Notes: generated by a model not told the origin, from the letters alone. 64,000 nt of DNA from Eledone cirrhosa (GCA_964016885.1 OZ024747.1:50406001-50470000), one strand, 5' to 3'. Shown: positions 1-15,895, counted from the first letter of the stretch. A program made the numbers and translations.

Positions 1-755
1 TAAATGCATGCATACATGCCTATATAGACAACTACGTACATACACACTTTCATAGATATACATGTACATACCTGCGTACATGTACGTATATGCATACATT
101 AATATATAAATGCATGCTACATATATACAAATATACATACATACATGCATAATACATACATATGTAATACATACATACATACATGCACACACACACATGC
201 ATGCATACATACATATATCACATATTTATTGGTGGTATCCGAAAATAAAAACTGCCTCGAAATTATATCACAACCGACCAAATATGGTTATTTGAGACTA
301 GAAAATAAAACATAGTTTGGTCTGGAAGTCAGCTGCACATGTGATATTTAATATGGTCGGAAAAATACAGAAGGAAGATATTTATGGATCAATGATGAAG
401 AATTTGCATATCCAGAGCCCAAAAATATACCTTAAGCTTCATTCCAATGAATTTGGTTAATAATTATATATGTGTATATATTAGCAAGTATTGCACCAAA
501 AAATATATAAACATCGGAGAGAAGAGAAATTAGGAATTTATTTGCTTTAACATATGTTTCTGTATCTATTTTAATTGTCTACATACGCTGACTACAATAT
601 ATGTTGTTCAATCATATGCAATACTTAATTATTTATCACACTTCTTTAGAAAGCTTATAATTGTGGAAGTGACTATCCACTACGCGGTAGAATTCAGGAA
701 TCAGTTTTCTTGTTTAATCGTTCATTCCTGATATACATAAACAAAACCATATCTA

Positions 756-789
<34 letters not shown>

Positions 790-1277
790 TAAAAAGGAAA
801 AGAAAATGCTGAAACATTTTTCCCAGTGAAAAATAGTTTAATTAGGAATAAGTATAAATTAGTAATAAGTATTAGTTAGTATTCAGTTTTAGTTTTAAGT
901 TTTTACCGGTTGCGCATTTCTTATGCTTTTCAAAAATAATTTTGAGATAGAGTGCTCGTGATTTTTGCTCTAATCTGATCAGTTTTGGAAATTCTTCCTG
1001 TTTTATGTGAAAAAAGTGGCTTGGAAGGTATTAAGATTTGATTGGTTGTTGAATGTCACGTGAATAAGCACTATAAATTTCGCGCCAATTCGTGTTGCAA
1101 AAATTCTTGTAGTCAAGACAATTTTGATTGGTCGGTAGAAGTTACGTGAATGTTTAAATTGATTTTAGCGCAAGCTGGTTTCGCGCCAAAATGTGGGTTT
1201 GTCGAAGAGTGTCTTTTCCGCTTGATTGAGTTGCAGTCATGTTGAGAGGTCAACAGTTCAGGTGTCTATTAAGACAA

Positions 1278-1360
<83 letters not shown>

Positions 1361-1409
1361 TGTGTGTATATATATATATTTATATATATAAATGTAAGTA
1401 TGCACACGT

Positions 1410-1479
<70 letters not shown>

Positions 1480-2480
1480 GATCCTGACTCCAATGCTGAG
1501 GGTATCAATAAAGTTAACTCGCACCACAACAATAATCCTTGTAAAAACCACATAAAAAGAAATTATGTTAAAAACAAAAATATAAATAATACTGTACTGA
1601 ACCACACGAAATAATATAGTTAATCACAATAACATAAATGAAAATTATAAGAAGAATAGAAGAAGTAATACATTTTTTAATCCTCCTTTCAACTTAAATG
1701 TCTCCACCAACACACCTAAAGATTTCTTCTCAATTACAGATAAAAATTTCCCCATTAACCATAAATACCATAACCTATTTAACAAAAATACTATTAAAAT
1801 CTCTTACTCTACAACACCTAACACTGCGGACCATATAGCTAGCAGTAAAAAGGGGAAAATTAATAAATACTTCAAATTACGCCAAGCTAATAACGTCCAA
1901 CATAGAAATAACCTTAATAATAACTCAGTACAGGTCTATATTGTAAGTAATAGTAATAGTAATAATACCAATAATAATGACATTAATACTTACCATAACC
2001 TTAATACTACAAGTATAAACAGTAATAACCGTTCAACACATACCCCCTTAACCAATATACTACTAACCATAACAATTGTAATTGTAGACATAATAGAAAT
2101 TGCCCATTAAGTAATAATTGCCTTAATAATGACATTATCTACTCCTGCACTGTCACTGCTAATCAAATTTCGAAAGTTTATATAGGTTCAAAATCAAATA
2201 GTTTTAAGACCAGATATAACTTGCACCCTCATTCGTTTAGAAACCTTAGACTTAGTAATGCCACTTCACTATCTACCTACATAAACTCATTAAAAACAAG
2301 TAATATACCATATACCCTAGAATGGAAAGTCATAGTTCTTATAAACCACCTAACAAACTCTGTAACCTTTGCCTCCTTGATTCTCGCACTATTATTCATT
2401 CAAATCTCAATCTACTAAATAGAAAATCAGAAATTTTCTCCAAGTGCCCACATTACCACAGCTATTCTTTCTACTATTTC
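1480..2480 (+). pseudogene. Penelope-like element ORF C-terminal remnant (linker + Cys-rich motif + GIY-YIG endonuclease), frameshifted
   Basis: Hand translation from ~1674 gives FFNPPFNLNVSTN..DKNFPINHKYHNLFNKNTIKISYSTTPN, typical of the PLE linker. After an Asn-rich stretch and a frameshift near 2050 it reads NCNCRHNRNCPLSNNCL..DIIYSCTVT..KVYIGS..FKTRYNLH..SF..TSLSTYI..LEWKVI and later CNLCL. Confidence 0.9.
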
Positions 2481-3084
2481 AAACCAAATAGCTAATATAT
2501 TACTACACCTTTAACCACCCTATATCCTATCTGATATCCTTTTCTCTTACTTAATTATCATATTATCACCATAACATATATATATTAATAAACTCCTTCC
2601 TATATCTCATATCTAATACAAACCATATTATTCTTAATAATCAAATAAATAAACAATTTAGGCACCCTACTATGCTCTCCATCCTAATTAAATAGCTGAC
2701 AACAGTGTCCACAACACTAATTACACCATTATATATTGCCATATATTATATAAATCCCAATCTAGTTATTAATAATTTAACTCTCTTTACACAATCTGAA
2801 TAAATAAGAATAACAAATAAATAAGAATAACAAATAAATAAGAATAACAAATAACTTTTATATATAATTGATAAATAATCAATAATAATTTATAATTTAT
2901 AAATATTAATTTATAACACCATTTAATGAATGATAATTTTTAATAGATAATAAACAATAATTTAGAATAATAAAACAACCCTTCTTAAATTGTCAGCAAT
3001 TCTTATATTGCCAACCTAAATACTTCCTTAATTACCTCCCTTTGTTATTAACTCCCCTTATGAATATTGTTCCCCTTATTTGGG

Positions 3085-3725
3085 GGGGAGAAGGAGGAGG
3101 GACGTCTACTGGGCTAAGTCCCAGCCGGTCCCACGTCTCAAAGGCGGCCTCACGTTCTCTGAACACAGAGGGTTTTGTTGTGTTTTGAAGAACCCTGCTG
3201 ACGAGGACGCGGCACGAGGTTACCGACGAAAGATACGCCGGCAAAGCTAGTGAGATCGGGGACCGGAGGCCAAGGCCGCCATACCTGACAGGTAAAGTGG
3301 CCTGTTGCCACTCTATGTCGTCAAACTTGACGTTGCATATCTCCTCGGCTGCTGCAAGTATCGAGGTCAGCGAGGAGAGATGTCTGGGTGTAGCACGGAG
3401 CACTGCGAAGGGTATAGAGGAGCTTTGGCATGGAGAAGCAGTTCCTTAGCAGAAAGAGAGCTGGATTGCCGTCTTCTCAAATAGTGGTCGCTCTCCGACA
3501 GGTATGCGGTCGTACCCCTGGCAGTGGAGACTTCTGGTGTCCTCGGCCCCAGGGCTACCTCTTTACTCACCACCATAGGCGCTGAGCTGGCCAGCCGCAG
3601 GTGTGAGCTCCGCGAGTTGGAGTGGCTTTTCCAGCGCGTCTCCCTTGCTGTCCTCTGGGGAAACACCTTCTCCATTCTGTCCGCCGGGGCTGTGGGTGGG
3701 CCCCATCGCGTATCATTTTTGTAAA
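3085..3725. mobile_element. CRE-clade-like non-LTR retrotransposon fragment with internal inversion
   Basis: GC-rich island. Minus strand 3085-3403 encodes EWQQATLPVRYGGLGLRS..ALPAYLSS (post-RT thumb). Plus strand ~3420-3724 encodes VPLAVETSGVLGPRA..LFQRVSLAVLWGN (restriction-like endonuclease C-terminus). Confidence 0.8.
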
Positions 3726-4584
3726 TATGACAACAGTTTATGATATCTATGAAATATTTCAATATTTACGCTTTCTAGAGAAATTTATAACGTTAAAACA
3801 ATTTAACGACATTTTTACCATTAGACTTAGTCTAATAACTCTTAATAGAACTCGCAGATAAAGCAAAGTGAACTATTTCTTAATAGAATATTTAAAGATA
3901 GGAATGCATTGTATAATATATTTCCTATACTACCATGGCTAGTAATACAGTGGAATTAATCTTTACTAAACATATTTTTAAACTGTACACATTTCAAACA
4001 CATTACAACCAAAGTTAAAATCATTCCATTTGCTACACCCAACATTTATATACGAACTCTAATATAAAAATTCTTGAATGACAATTACCTATCTAATTTA
4101 CTTACGTTTTTTGCATTATACATTACACAACATTTATTGATTTTATCATTACATATTTCTTCACCATAATGCATGTCATTTTAAACAATTTAAACACTTT
4201 TAACATGCTTTAACATTCTGTATGAAATATGCTTGATTTATTCATTTTATAACTCTCACCTCATGCAAACCTTTATTAATGTTTGCATTATATACCCTTA
4301 ATATTACCTTCTTTTCAATGCTATGATATCTTTTATCTATCTTCTCTAACACCTTTTTTGCTTGGTATCTTTTGCACATGTATTACCTTAAATAATATAT
4401 TTATATATAATATGCTCGATATTTCACTTTTCACCAATGCTCCTTATACTGTGATATCTGTAACATAACATGTTTTTGTAACTTCCTGCTTTTCAATGTG
4501 ATGTCACTGACACTGTCAATAGTTATGTATCTTTATCAATGTTCTGAAGACTAGGATTATAATTACTTGTTTAAACATTGTGTA

Positions 4585-4631
4585 TGATCCGATGATTCCA
4601 GACATTCGTCTGGAAGAAACAATTGTCAGCA
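4585..4631 (+). ncRNA. Decayed minimal type I hammerhead ribozyme (PLE-associated)
   Basis: tgat-CCGATGA-ttccagac/gtctggaa (perfect 8-bp stem II)-GAAA-caattg (palindromic stem III)-TC-agca. One core change and one stem I mismatch. Confidence 0.7.
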
Positions 4632-4763
4632 ATTAAATATATTAAACTAACGTTTGATTGTTTTATATTTTGTATCTCGGCTCTGTAATACATTTGATAA
4701 TTTACATTGAGCCTTTTCTCTTACTGGTAATTAGCTAGTGCTTAGTACTACCCTACATATTTA

Positions 4764-4862
<99 letters not shown>

Positions 4863-4908
4863 AAGTTAAATAAAAAGTCAAATGTTTAAAATTTAGCTTC
4901 GTTTATTG

Positions 4909-4961
4909 CTGCTATATATATTTCAGTGACAGCCATCTTTGGCTGTGACCTCTTCAGGCAG
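4909..4961 (-). ncRNA. Minimal type I hammerhead ribozyme
   Basis: Reverse complement reads ctgc-CTGAAGA-ggtcacagcc..ggctgtcact-GAAA-tatata-TA-gcag, followed by AATAAA and (TA)n. Confidence 0.85.
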
Positions 4962-5086
4962 TCCGAATTAGTGTGGTATAGACAAGTACATATGTTGTTG
5001 AGGTGTATAATATTGTCAATACTCTCATATGCTCAGTTCCTGGTTGGGTTGTTATTTCACTGAGGAACTGGAATCATATCTCAAAA

Positions 5087-5170
<84 letters not shown>

Positions 5171-5645
5171 CGTGTGTGTTTGCGTGTGTGTATAGGTGTG
5201 CATTTATGTACCAGCTGTCCTAGAGCGAGAAATAAAATTCTCATTTTATTTTTCATCTTCAGCAAAGCCAGCTATAACTTGCTCGGTATGCAAATGAAGC
5301 TACTCAGTAGATGTGTACTTAAGAAAATACTATATATTTTCAACCGTTCAACAGACTGGCATAGGTATATAGTCCTGATAAAGGGTAATGACCCAGAAAC
5401 ATGTTGATTGTTCCTTAAAGCCAATGTTGAACAAACAGGTGTCCATCGGTCATCGGCACAACTTCAAATATGGCCGTTTGTTTTACAATAGAATAGAAAA
5501 ATTATTATTAATATTCGATACAACCCATACGTACATATGTATATATATATGTGTGTGTGCGTGTGTATTTATATGTATATGTGTACGTGTGCATACTTAC
5601 ATTTACATATCAGCTGTGCTAGGGCGAGAAATGAAATTCTAATTT

Positions 5646-5715
<70 letters not shown>

Positions 5716-5789
5716 ACCAAACAATGGAATCAACTCCCATAGTCACTGCTTCCGTCTGTCTTACACTCTCCATCTCTCATTATTAGGAG

Positions 5790-6090
5790 CAAATAGGGGC
5801 CCACGCACCGGCTGCCCTTCGGCCCTGGGGGGATAGAATAGAAAAGGTGTTTACCCGGGGGATGGTGAGGGAGACGCACTGGAAGAATCATTCCAGCTCG
5901 CAAGGCTCAAACCTGCGGGTAGCCAACTGTATGCCGATGGTGGTGAGTAGGGAGGTGGCCCTAAGGCCAAGGACAGCAGGAGTCTCCACTGCTAGGGGCT
6001 CGACTGCAAACCTGTGGGAGAGTGACTGCTATTTAGAGAGTTTAACCTCCTCGGCCCCAAGTGCAGCGGAGCCTGGGTTAAACCCATTCC
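5790..6090 (-). mobile_element. Second CRE-like 3' end fragment (RLE C-terminus), decayed
   Basis: Reverse translation gives PGSAALGAEEVKLSK*..FAVEPLAVETPAVLGLRATSLLTTIG..FFQCVSL; homologous to 3450-3710. Confidence 0.8.
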
Positions 6091-7071
6091 AATGATTGTT
6101 GTAGCTACAGGATATATACCAGCCCGAGCTGGTGACAGGTAAAATTAACTCTAAATTAAGGTTAAAAAAAAGACAGGTGCATTTATATTTACTTCCATAC
6201 ACATACAAGAATAGGACATATATTATACCTGGCTTAGGGTATTGCGAAAGGTACCTTTACACGAGAGGATAATAACTGTGTGAATCTGAGAGGGGAATAT
6301 GTTGAATAAAATCATAATTAACCGATCCTCCTGTAATTTATTTAATTCAAAGCCAGGAACTTTCCAGCACCTCGGTATAACAGACTTGGCTCTGGTGCTC
6401 ATGTTTGCTCTCCGTTGTCTGAATGAGGCTCTGTTTCCAGGATTTAACGTCATTGTTGATGAGTTCTAGGTGCTAGGGTATCAGACATCCCATAATAAGT
6501 TCGTGTGTTCGATTCCATGACTGGAAGGCATGTTATATTATTGAGCAAAATAGTTTACTTCACGTTGCTCATACTGCCGGCAGTTACAATCTGCAGATAG
6601 GATTAGCAATGGAAACATCAATGAAAACATTGTTTAATTAGGTTGATCTGGCCGTTAGCTGCCTTCCTTTAATCAGTGTACACAATAGGAGCCTGTCTGG
6701 ACAAGATGCACTCAATACAGGCTATCCATCCAGGTGAGGGCTTTAAATATATTTGACAAGGTGACAATAGTAGGTAGGATGGAGGAAATAACCGCAAGGT
6801 AACACCAAGGAATTAATACTTCAACAGAATAAATCAATACTATCAATAACACCCACACCACCACCACCACCACCAACACCACCACCACAACAACAATACT
6901 AACCAACACCACCACCACAACAACAAAACTAACCAAAACCACCACTACCAAATATAAAATATTCCAATTAAACTGGAGGTGATTCAGTACATGAAACTGG
7001 AAATGATGAAATATACTTTTCATATTTATAAATATTTCAAAATTGAAAAATATTGATTTTCATCGTGCGCT

Positions 7072-10000
7072 GCCAACACTCTACATCCCACAACTAGCAT
7101 CATTGCCAACACTCTACATCCCACAACTAACATCATTACCAACACTCTACATCCCACAACTAACATCATTACCAACACTCTACATCCCACAACTAGCATC
7201 ATTGCCAACACTCTACATCCCACAACTAACATCATTACCAACACTCTACATCCCACAACTAACATCATTACCAACACTCTACATCCCATAACTAGCATCA
7301 TTGCCAACACTCTACATCCCACAACTAACATCATTACCAACACTCTACATCCCACAACTAACATCATTACCAACACTCTACATCCCACAAGTAACATCAT
7401 TACCAACACTCTACATCCCACAACTAGCATCATTGCCAACACTCTACATCCCACAACTAACATCATTACCAACACTCTACATCCCACAACTAACATCATT
7501 ACCAACACTCTACATCCCACAACTAGCATCATTGCCAACACTCTACATCCCACAACTAACATCATTACCAACACTCTACATCCCACAACTAACATCATTA
7601 CCAACACTCTACATCCCACAACTAACATCATTACCAACACTCTACATCCCACAACTAGCATCATTACCAACACTCTACATCCCACTACTAACATCATTAC
7701 CAACACTCTACATCTCACAACTAACATCATTACCAACACTCTACATCCCACAATTAACATCATTACCAACACTCTACATCCCACTACTAACATCGTTACC
7801 AACACTCTACATCCCACAACTAACATCATTACCAACACTCTACATCCCACAACTAACATCATTACCAACACTCTACATCCCACAACTAGCATCATTGCCA
7901 ACACTCTACATCCCACAACTAACATCATTACCAACACTCTACATCCCACAACTAACATCATTACCAACACTCTACATCCCACAACTAGCATCATTGCCAA
8001 CACTCTACATCCCACAACTAACATCATTACCAACACTCTACATCCCACAACTAACATCATTACCAACACTCTACATCCCACAACTAGCATCATTGCCAAC
8101 ACTCTACATCCCACAACTAGCATCATTGCCAACACTCTACATCCCACAACTAACATCATTACCAACACTCTACATCCCACAACTAACATCATTACCAACA
8201 CTCTACATCCCACAACTAGCATCATTGCCAACACTCTACATCCCACAACTAACATCATTACCAACACTCTACATCCCACAACTAACATCATTACCAACAC
8301 TCTACATCCCACAACTAACATCATTACCAACACTCTACATCCCACAACTAGCATCATTACCAACACTCTACATCCCACTACTAACATCATTACCAACACT
8401 CTACATCTCACAACTAACATCATTACCAACACTCTACATCCCACAATTAACATCATTACCAACACTCTACATCCCACTACTAACATCGTTACCAACACTC
8501 TACATCCCACAACTAACATCATTACCAACACTCTACATCCCACAACTAACATCATTACCAACACTCTACATCCCACAATTAACATCATTACCAACACTCT
8601 ACATCCCACAACTAGCATCATTACCAACACTCTACATCCCACAACTAGCATCATTGCCAACACTCTACATCTCACAACTAACATCATTACCAACACTCTA
8701 CATCCCACTACTAACATCATTACCAACACTCTACACCCCACAACTAGACTCATTACCAACACTCTACATCCCACGACTAACATCATTACCAACACTCTAC
8801 ATCCCACAACTAACATCATTACCAACACTCTACATCCGACAACTAACATCATTACCAACACTCTACATCCCACTACTAACATCATTACCAACACTCTACA
8901 TCCCACCACTAACATCATTACCAACACTTTACATCCCACAACTAACATCATTACCAACACTCTACATCCCACAACTAGCATCATTGGCAACACTCTACAT
9001 CCCACGACTAGCATCATTACCAACACTCTACATCCCACAACTAGCATCATTACCAACACTCTACATCCCACAACTAACATCATTACCAACACTCTACATC
9101 CCACAATTAACATCATTACCAACACTCTACATCCCACAATTAACATCATTACCAACACTCTACATCCCACAACTAGCATCATTACCAACACTCTACATCC
9201 CACAACTAACATCATTACCAACACTCTACATCCCACAACTAACATCATTACCAACACTCTACATCCCACGACTAACATCATTACCAACACTCTACATCCC
9301 ACGACTAACATCATTACCAACACTCTACATCCCACAATTAACATCATTACCAACACTCTACATCCCACAACTAGCTTCATTACCAACACTCTACATCCCA
9401 CAACTAGCATCATTACAAACACTCTACATCCCACAACTAACATCATTACCAACACTTTACATCCCACCACTAACATTATTACCAACACTCTACACCCCAC
9501 AACTAGCATCATTACCAACACTCTACATCCCACGACTAGCATCATTACCAACACTCTACATCCCACAACTAACATCATTACCAACACTCTACATCCCACG
9601 ACTAACATCATTACCAACACTCTACATCCCATAAATAACATCATTACCAACACTCTACATCCCATAACTAACATCATTACCAACACTCTACATCCCACAA
9701 TTAACATCATTACCAACACTCTACATCCCACAACTAACATCATTACCAACACTCTACATCCCACGACTAACATCATTACCAACATTCTACATCCCACGAC
9801 TAACATCATTACCAACACTCTACATCCCACAATTAACATCATTACCAACACTCTACATCCCACAACTAGCTTCATTACCAACACTCTACATCCCACAACT
9901 AGCATCATTACAAACACTCTACATCCCACAACTAACATCATTACCAACACTTTACATCCCACCACTAACATTATTACCAACACTCTACATCCCACAACTA

Positions 10001-13000
10001 GCATCATTGGCAACACTCTACATCCCACGACTAGCATCATTACCAACACTCTACATCCCACAACTAGCATCATTACCAACACTCTACATCCCACAACTAA
10101 CATCATTACCAACACTCTACATCCCACAACTAACATCATTACCAACACTCTACACCCCACAACTAGAATCATTACCAACACTCTACACCCCACTACTAAC
10201 ATCATTACCAACACTCTACATCCCACAACTAACATCATTACCAACACTCTACATCCCACAACTAACATCATTACCAACACTCTACATCCGAAAAACTAGC
10301 ATCATTACCAACACTCTACATCCCACAACTAGCATCATTGACAACACTCTACATCCCACAACTAACATCATTACCAACACTCTACATCCCACAACTAGCA
10401 TCATTACCAACACTCTACACCCCACAACTAACATCATTACCAACACTCTACATCCCACAACTAGCATCATTGCCAACACTCTACATCCCACTACTAACAT
10501 CATTACCAACACTCTACACCCCACAACTAGCATCATTACCAACACTCTACATCCCACTACTAACATCATTACCAACACTCTACATCTCACAACTAACATC
10601 ATTACCAACACTCTACATCCCACAATTAACATCATTACCAACACTCTACATCCCACTACTAACATCATTACCAACACTCTACACCCCACAACTAGCATCA
10701 TTGCCAACACTCTACATCCCACTACTAACATCATTACCAACACTCTACACCCCACAACTAACATCATTACCAACACTCTACATCCCACAACTAGCATCAT
10801 TGCCAACACTCTACATCCCACTACTAACATCATTACCAACACTCTACACCCCACAACTAGCATCATTACCAACACTCTACATCCCACTACTAACATCATT
10901 ACCAACACTCTACATCTCACAACTAACATCATTACCAACACTCTACATCCCACAATTAACATCATTACCAACACTCTACATCCCACTACTAACATCATTA
11001 CCAACACTCTACATCCCACAACTAACATCATTACCAACACTCTACATCCCACAACTAACATCATTACCAACACTCTACATCCCACAATTAACATCATTAC
11101 CAACACTCTACATCCCACAACTAGCATCATTACCAACACTCTACATCCCACAACTAGCATCATTGCCAACACTCTACATCTCACAACTAACATCATTACC
11201 AACACTCTACATCCCACTACTAACATCATTACCAACACTCTACACCCCACAACTAGACTCATTACCAACACTCTACATCCCACGACTAACATCATTACCA
11301 ACACTCTACATCCCACAACTAACATCATTACCAACACTCTACATCCGACAACTAACATCATTACCAACACTCTACATCCCACTACTAACATCATTACCAA
11401 CACTCTACATCCCACCACTAACATCATTACCAACACTCTACATCCCACAACTAACATCATTACCAACACTCTACATCCCACAATTAACATCATTACCAAC
11501 ACTCTACATCCCACGACTAACATCATTACCAACACTCTACATCCCACAATTAACATCATTACCAACACTCTACATCCCACAATTAACATCATTACCAACA
11601 CTCTACATCCCACAACTAGCATCATTACCAACACTCTACATCCCACAACTAACATCATTACCAACACTCTACATCCCACAACTAACATCATTACCAACAC
11701 TCTACATCCCACGACTAACATCATTACCAACACTCTACATCCCACGACTAACATCATTACCAACACTCTACATCCCACAATTAACATCATTACCAACACT
11801 CTACATCCCACAACTAGCTTCATTACCAACACTCTACATCCCACAACTAGCATCATTACAAACACTCTACATCCCACAACTAACATCATTACCAACACTT
11901 TACATCCCACCACTAACATTATTACCAACACTCTACACCCCACAACTAGCATCATTACCAACACTCTACATCCTACGACTAGCATCATTACCAACACTCT
12001 ACATCCCACAACTAACATCATTACCAACACTCTACATCCCACGACTAACATCATTACCAACACTCTACATCCCATAACTAACATCATTACCAACACTCTA
12101 CATCCCACAATTAACATCATTACCAACACTCTACATCCCACGACTAACATCATTACCAACACTCTACATCCCACGACTAACATCATTACCAACACTCTAC
12201 ATCCCACAATTAACATCATTACCAACACTCTACATCCCACAACTAGCTTCATTACCAACACTCTACATCCCACAACTAGCATCATTACAAACACTCTACA
12301 TCCCACAACTAACATCATTACCAACACTTTACATCCCACCACTAACATTATTACCAACACTCTACATCCCACAAATAGCATCATTGGCAACACTCTACAT
12401 CCCACGACTAGCATCATTACCAACACTCTACATCCCACAACTAGCATCATTACCAACACTCTACATCCCACAACTAACATCATTACCAACACTCTACATC
12501 CCACAACTAACATCATTACCAACACTCTACACCCCACAACTAGAATCATTACCAACACTCTACACCCCACTACTAACATCATTACCAACACTCTACATCC
12601 CACAACTAACATCATTACCAACACTCTACATCCCACAACTAACATCATTACCAACACTCTACATCCCACAACTAGCATCATTACCAACACTCTACATCCC
12701 ACAACTAGCATCATTGACAACACTCTACATCCCACAACTAACATCATTACCAACACTCTACATCCCACAACTAGCATCATTACCAACACTCTACATCCCA
12801 CAACTAACATCATTACCAACACTCTACATCCCACTACTAACATCGTTACCAACACTCTTTATCCCACAACTAACATCATTACCAACACTCTACATCCCTC
12901 TACTAACATCATTACCAACACTCTACATCCCACAACTAGCATCATTACCAACACTCTACATCCCACAACTAACATCATTACCAACACTCTACATCCCACT

Positions 13001-15619
13001 ACTAACATCGTTACCAACACTCTACATCCCACAACTAACATCATTACCAACACTCTACATCCCACAACTAACATCATTACCAACACTCTACATCCCACAA
13101 CTAGCATCATTGCCAACACTCTACATCCCACTACTAACATCATTACCAACACTCTACACCCCACAACTAGCATCATTACCAACACTCTACATCCCACTAC
13201 TAACATCATTACCAACACTCTACATCTCACAACTAACATCATTACCAACACTCTACATCCCACAATTAACATCATTACCAACACTCTACATCCCACTACT
13301 AACATCATTACCAACACTCTACATCCCACAACTAACATCATTACCAACACTCTACATCCCACAACTAACATCATTACCAACACTCTACATCCCACAATTA
13401 ACATCATTACCAACACTCTACATCCCACAACTAGCATCATTACCAACACTCTACATCCCACAACTAGCATCATTGCCAACACTCTACATCTCACAACTAA
13501 CATCATTACCAACACTCTACATCCCACTACTAACATCATTACCAACACTCTACACCCCACAACTAGACTCATTACCAACACTCTACATCCCACGACTAAC
13601 ATCATTACCAACACTCTACATCCCACAACTAACATCATTACCAACACTCTACATCCGACAACTAACATCATTACCAACACTCTACATCCCACTACTAACA
13701 TCATTACCAACACTCTACATCCCACCACTAACATCATTACCAACACTCTACATCCCACAACTAACATCATTACCAACACTCTACATCCCACAATTAACAT
13801 CATTACCAACACTCTACATCCCACGACTAACATCATTACCAACACTCTACATCCCACAATTAACATCATTACCAACACTCTACATCCCACAATTAACATC
13901 ATTACCAACACTCTACATCCCACAACTAGCATCATTACCAACACTCTACATCCCACAACTAACATCATTACCAACACTCTACATCCCACAACTAACATCA
14001 TTACCAACACTCTACATCCCACGACTAACATCATTACCAACACTCTACATCCCACGACTAACATCATTACCAACACTCTACATCCCACAATTAACATCAT
14101 TACCAACACTCTACATCCCACAACTAGCTTCATTACCAACACTCTACATCCCACAACTAGCATCATTACAAACACTCTACATCCCACAACTAACATCATT
14201 ACCAACACTTTACATCCCACCACTAACATTATTACCAACACTCTACACCCCACAACTAGCATCATTACCAACACTCTACATCCCACGACTAGCATCATTA
14301 CCAACACTCTACATCCCACAACTAACATCATTACCAACACTCTACATCCCACGACTAACATCATTACCAACACTCTACATCCCATAAATAACATCATTAC
14401 CAACACTCTACATCCCATAACTAACATCATTACCAACACTCTACATCCCACAATTAACATCATTACCAACACTCTACATCCCACGACTAACATCATTACC
14501 AACACTCTACATCCCACGACTAACATCATTACCAACACTCTACATCCCACAATTAACATCATTACCAACACTCTACATCCCACAACTAGCTTCATTACCA
14601 ACACTCTACATCCCACAACTAGCATCATTACAAACACTCTACATCCCACAACTAACATCATTACCAACACTCTACATCCCACAACTAGCATCATTACCAA
14701 CACTCTACATCCCACAACTAACATCATTACCAACACTTTACATCCCACCACTAACATTATTACCAACACTCTACATCCCACAACTAGCATCATTGGCAAC
14801 ACTCTACATCCCACGACTAGCATCATTACCAACACTCTACATCCCACAACTAGCATCATTACCAACACTCTACATCCCACAACTAACATCATTACCAACA
14901 CTCTACATCCCACAACTAACATCATTACCAACACTCTACACCCCACAACTAGAATCATTACCAACACTCTACACCCCACTACTAACATCATTACCAACAC
15001 TCTACATCCCACAACTAACATCATTACCAACACTCTACATCCCACAACTAACATCATTACCAACACTCTACATCCCACAACTAGCATCATTACCAACACT
15101 CTACATCCCACAACTAGCATCATTGACAACACTCTACATCCCACAACTAACATCATTACCAACACTCTACATCCCACAACTAACATCATTACCAACACTC
15201 TACATCCCACTACTAACATCGTTACCAACACTCTACATCCCACAACTAACATCATTACCAACACTCTACATCCCTCTACTAACATCATTACCAACACTCT
15301 ACATCCCACAACTAGCATCATTACCAACACTCTACATCCCACAACTAACATCATTACCAACACTCTACATCCCACTACTAACATCGTTACCAACACTCTA
15401 CATCCCACAACTAACATCATTACCAACACTCTACATCCCACAACTAACATCATTACCAACACTCTACATCTCACAAATAGCATCATTACCAACACTCTAC
15501 ATCCCACAACTAACATCATTACCAACACTCTACATCCCACAACTAGCATCATTGGCAACACTCTACATCCCACAACTAGCATCATTGGCAACACTCTACA
15601 TCCCACAACTAACATCATT
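7072..15619. repeat. 33-bp minisatellite array (~259 units; consensus accaacactctacatcccacaactaacatcatt) with higher-order repeats
   Basis: Directly visible. Single 1-bp register shift at ~10290 (catccgaaaaactagc). Diagnostic variant units recur every 2.3-2.5 kb. Confidence 0.98.
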
Positions 15620-15639
15620 TTTCGCTTGATGTTTATCGT

Positions 15640-15895
15640 AAACGTTAGAGCGCCGGACAAAATGCTTCGTAGAATTTGGTTACGGCCCTTTACGTTATAA
15701 GTTCCACTCCCGCTGGAGCCAACTTTACCTTTCTTCCTTTCGAGGTCGACAAAATAAAGTACCAGTCTATACTGGGGTTCATTTGTTCGATTTCACCCTA
15801 GCCTCCAAATTACTAGGGCGATGGATTGGCATTATCGGTAGAGCGTCGGAAAACATGATTTGCGGCATTGAGATACGGCCCTATACGTTAATGTA
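15640..15895 (+). mobile_element. tRNA-derived SINE (Deu/Nin-type core) plus a second SINE head
   Basis: gttagagcgccggac..cctttcttcctttcgaggtcgacaaaataaagtaccag; second head ggattggcattatcggtagagcgtcgg at ~15822. Confidence 0.75.

Larger units (their letters stand above)
1480..4770 (+). mobile_element. Degenerate Penelope-like retroelement (ORF remnant, AT-rich 3' region, HHR, tail) ending at (TA)n; interrupted by a CRE fragment
   Basis: GIY-YIG remnant, HHR-like motif at 4585-4631, tail hairpin at 4679-4713, and (TA)n from ~4770. Continuity across 2500-4500 is inferred. Confidence 0.55.

Noticed and set aside
227-268. TIR-like sequence matching the reverse complement of 33972-34012
   Set aside because: Probably two independent DNA-transposon end fragments 34 kb apart; no transposase is seen, and there is no evidence that they bound one element.
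7072-15619. CRISPR-like array
   Set aside because: Units are contiguous with no unique spacers, and the context is eukaryotic.
7026-15700. Very long ORFs (up to 1897 aa) on both strands
   Set aside because: They follow from a 33-bp stop-free repeat unit that is open in several frames; there is no start or splice context, so not called as CDS.
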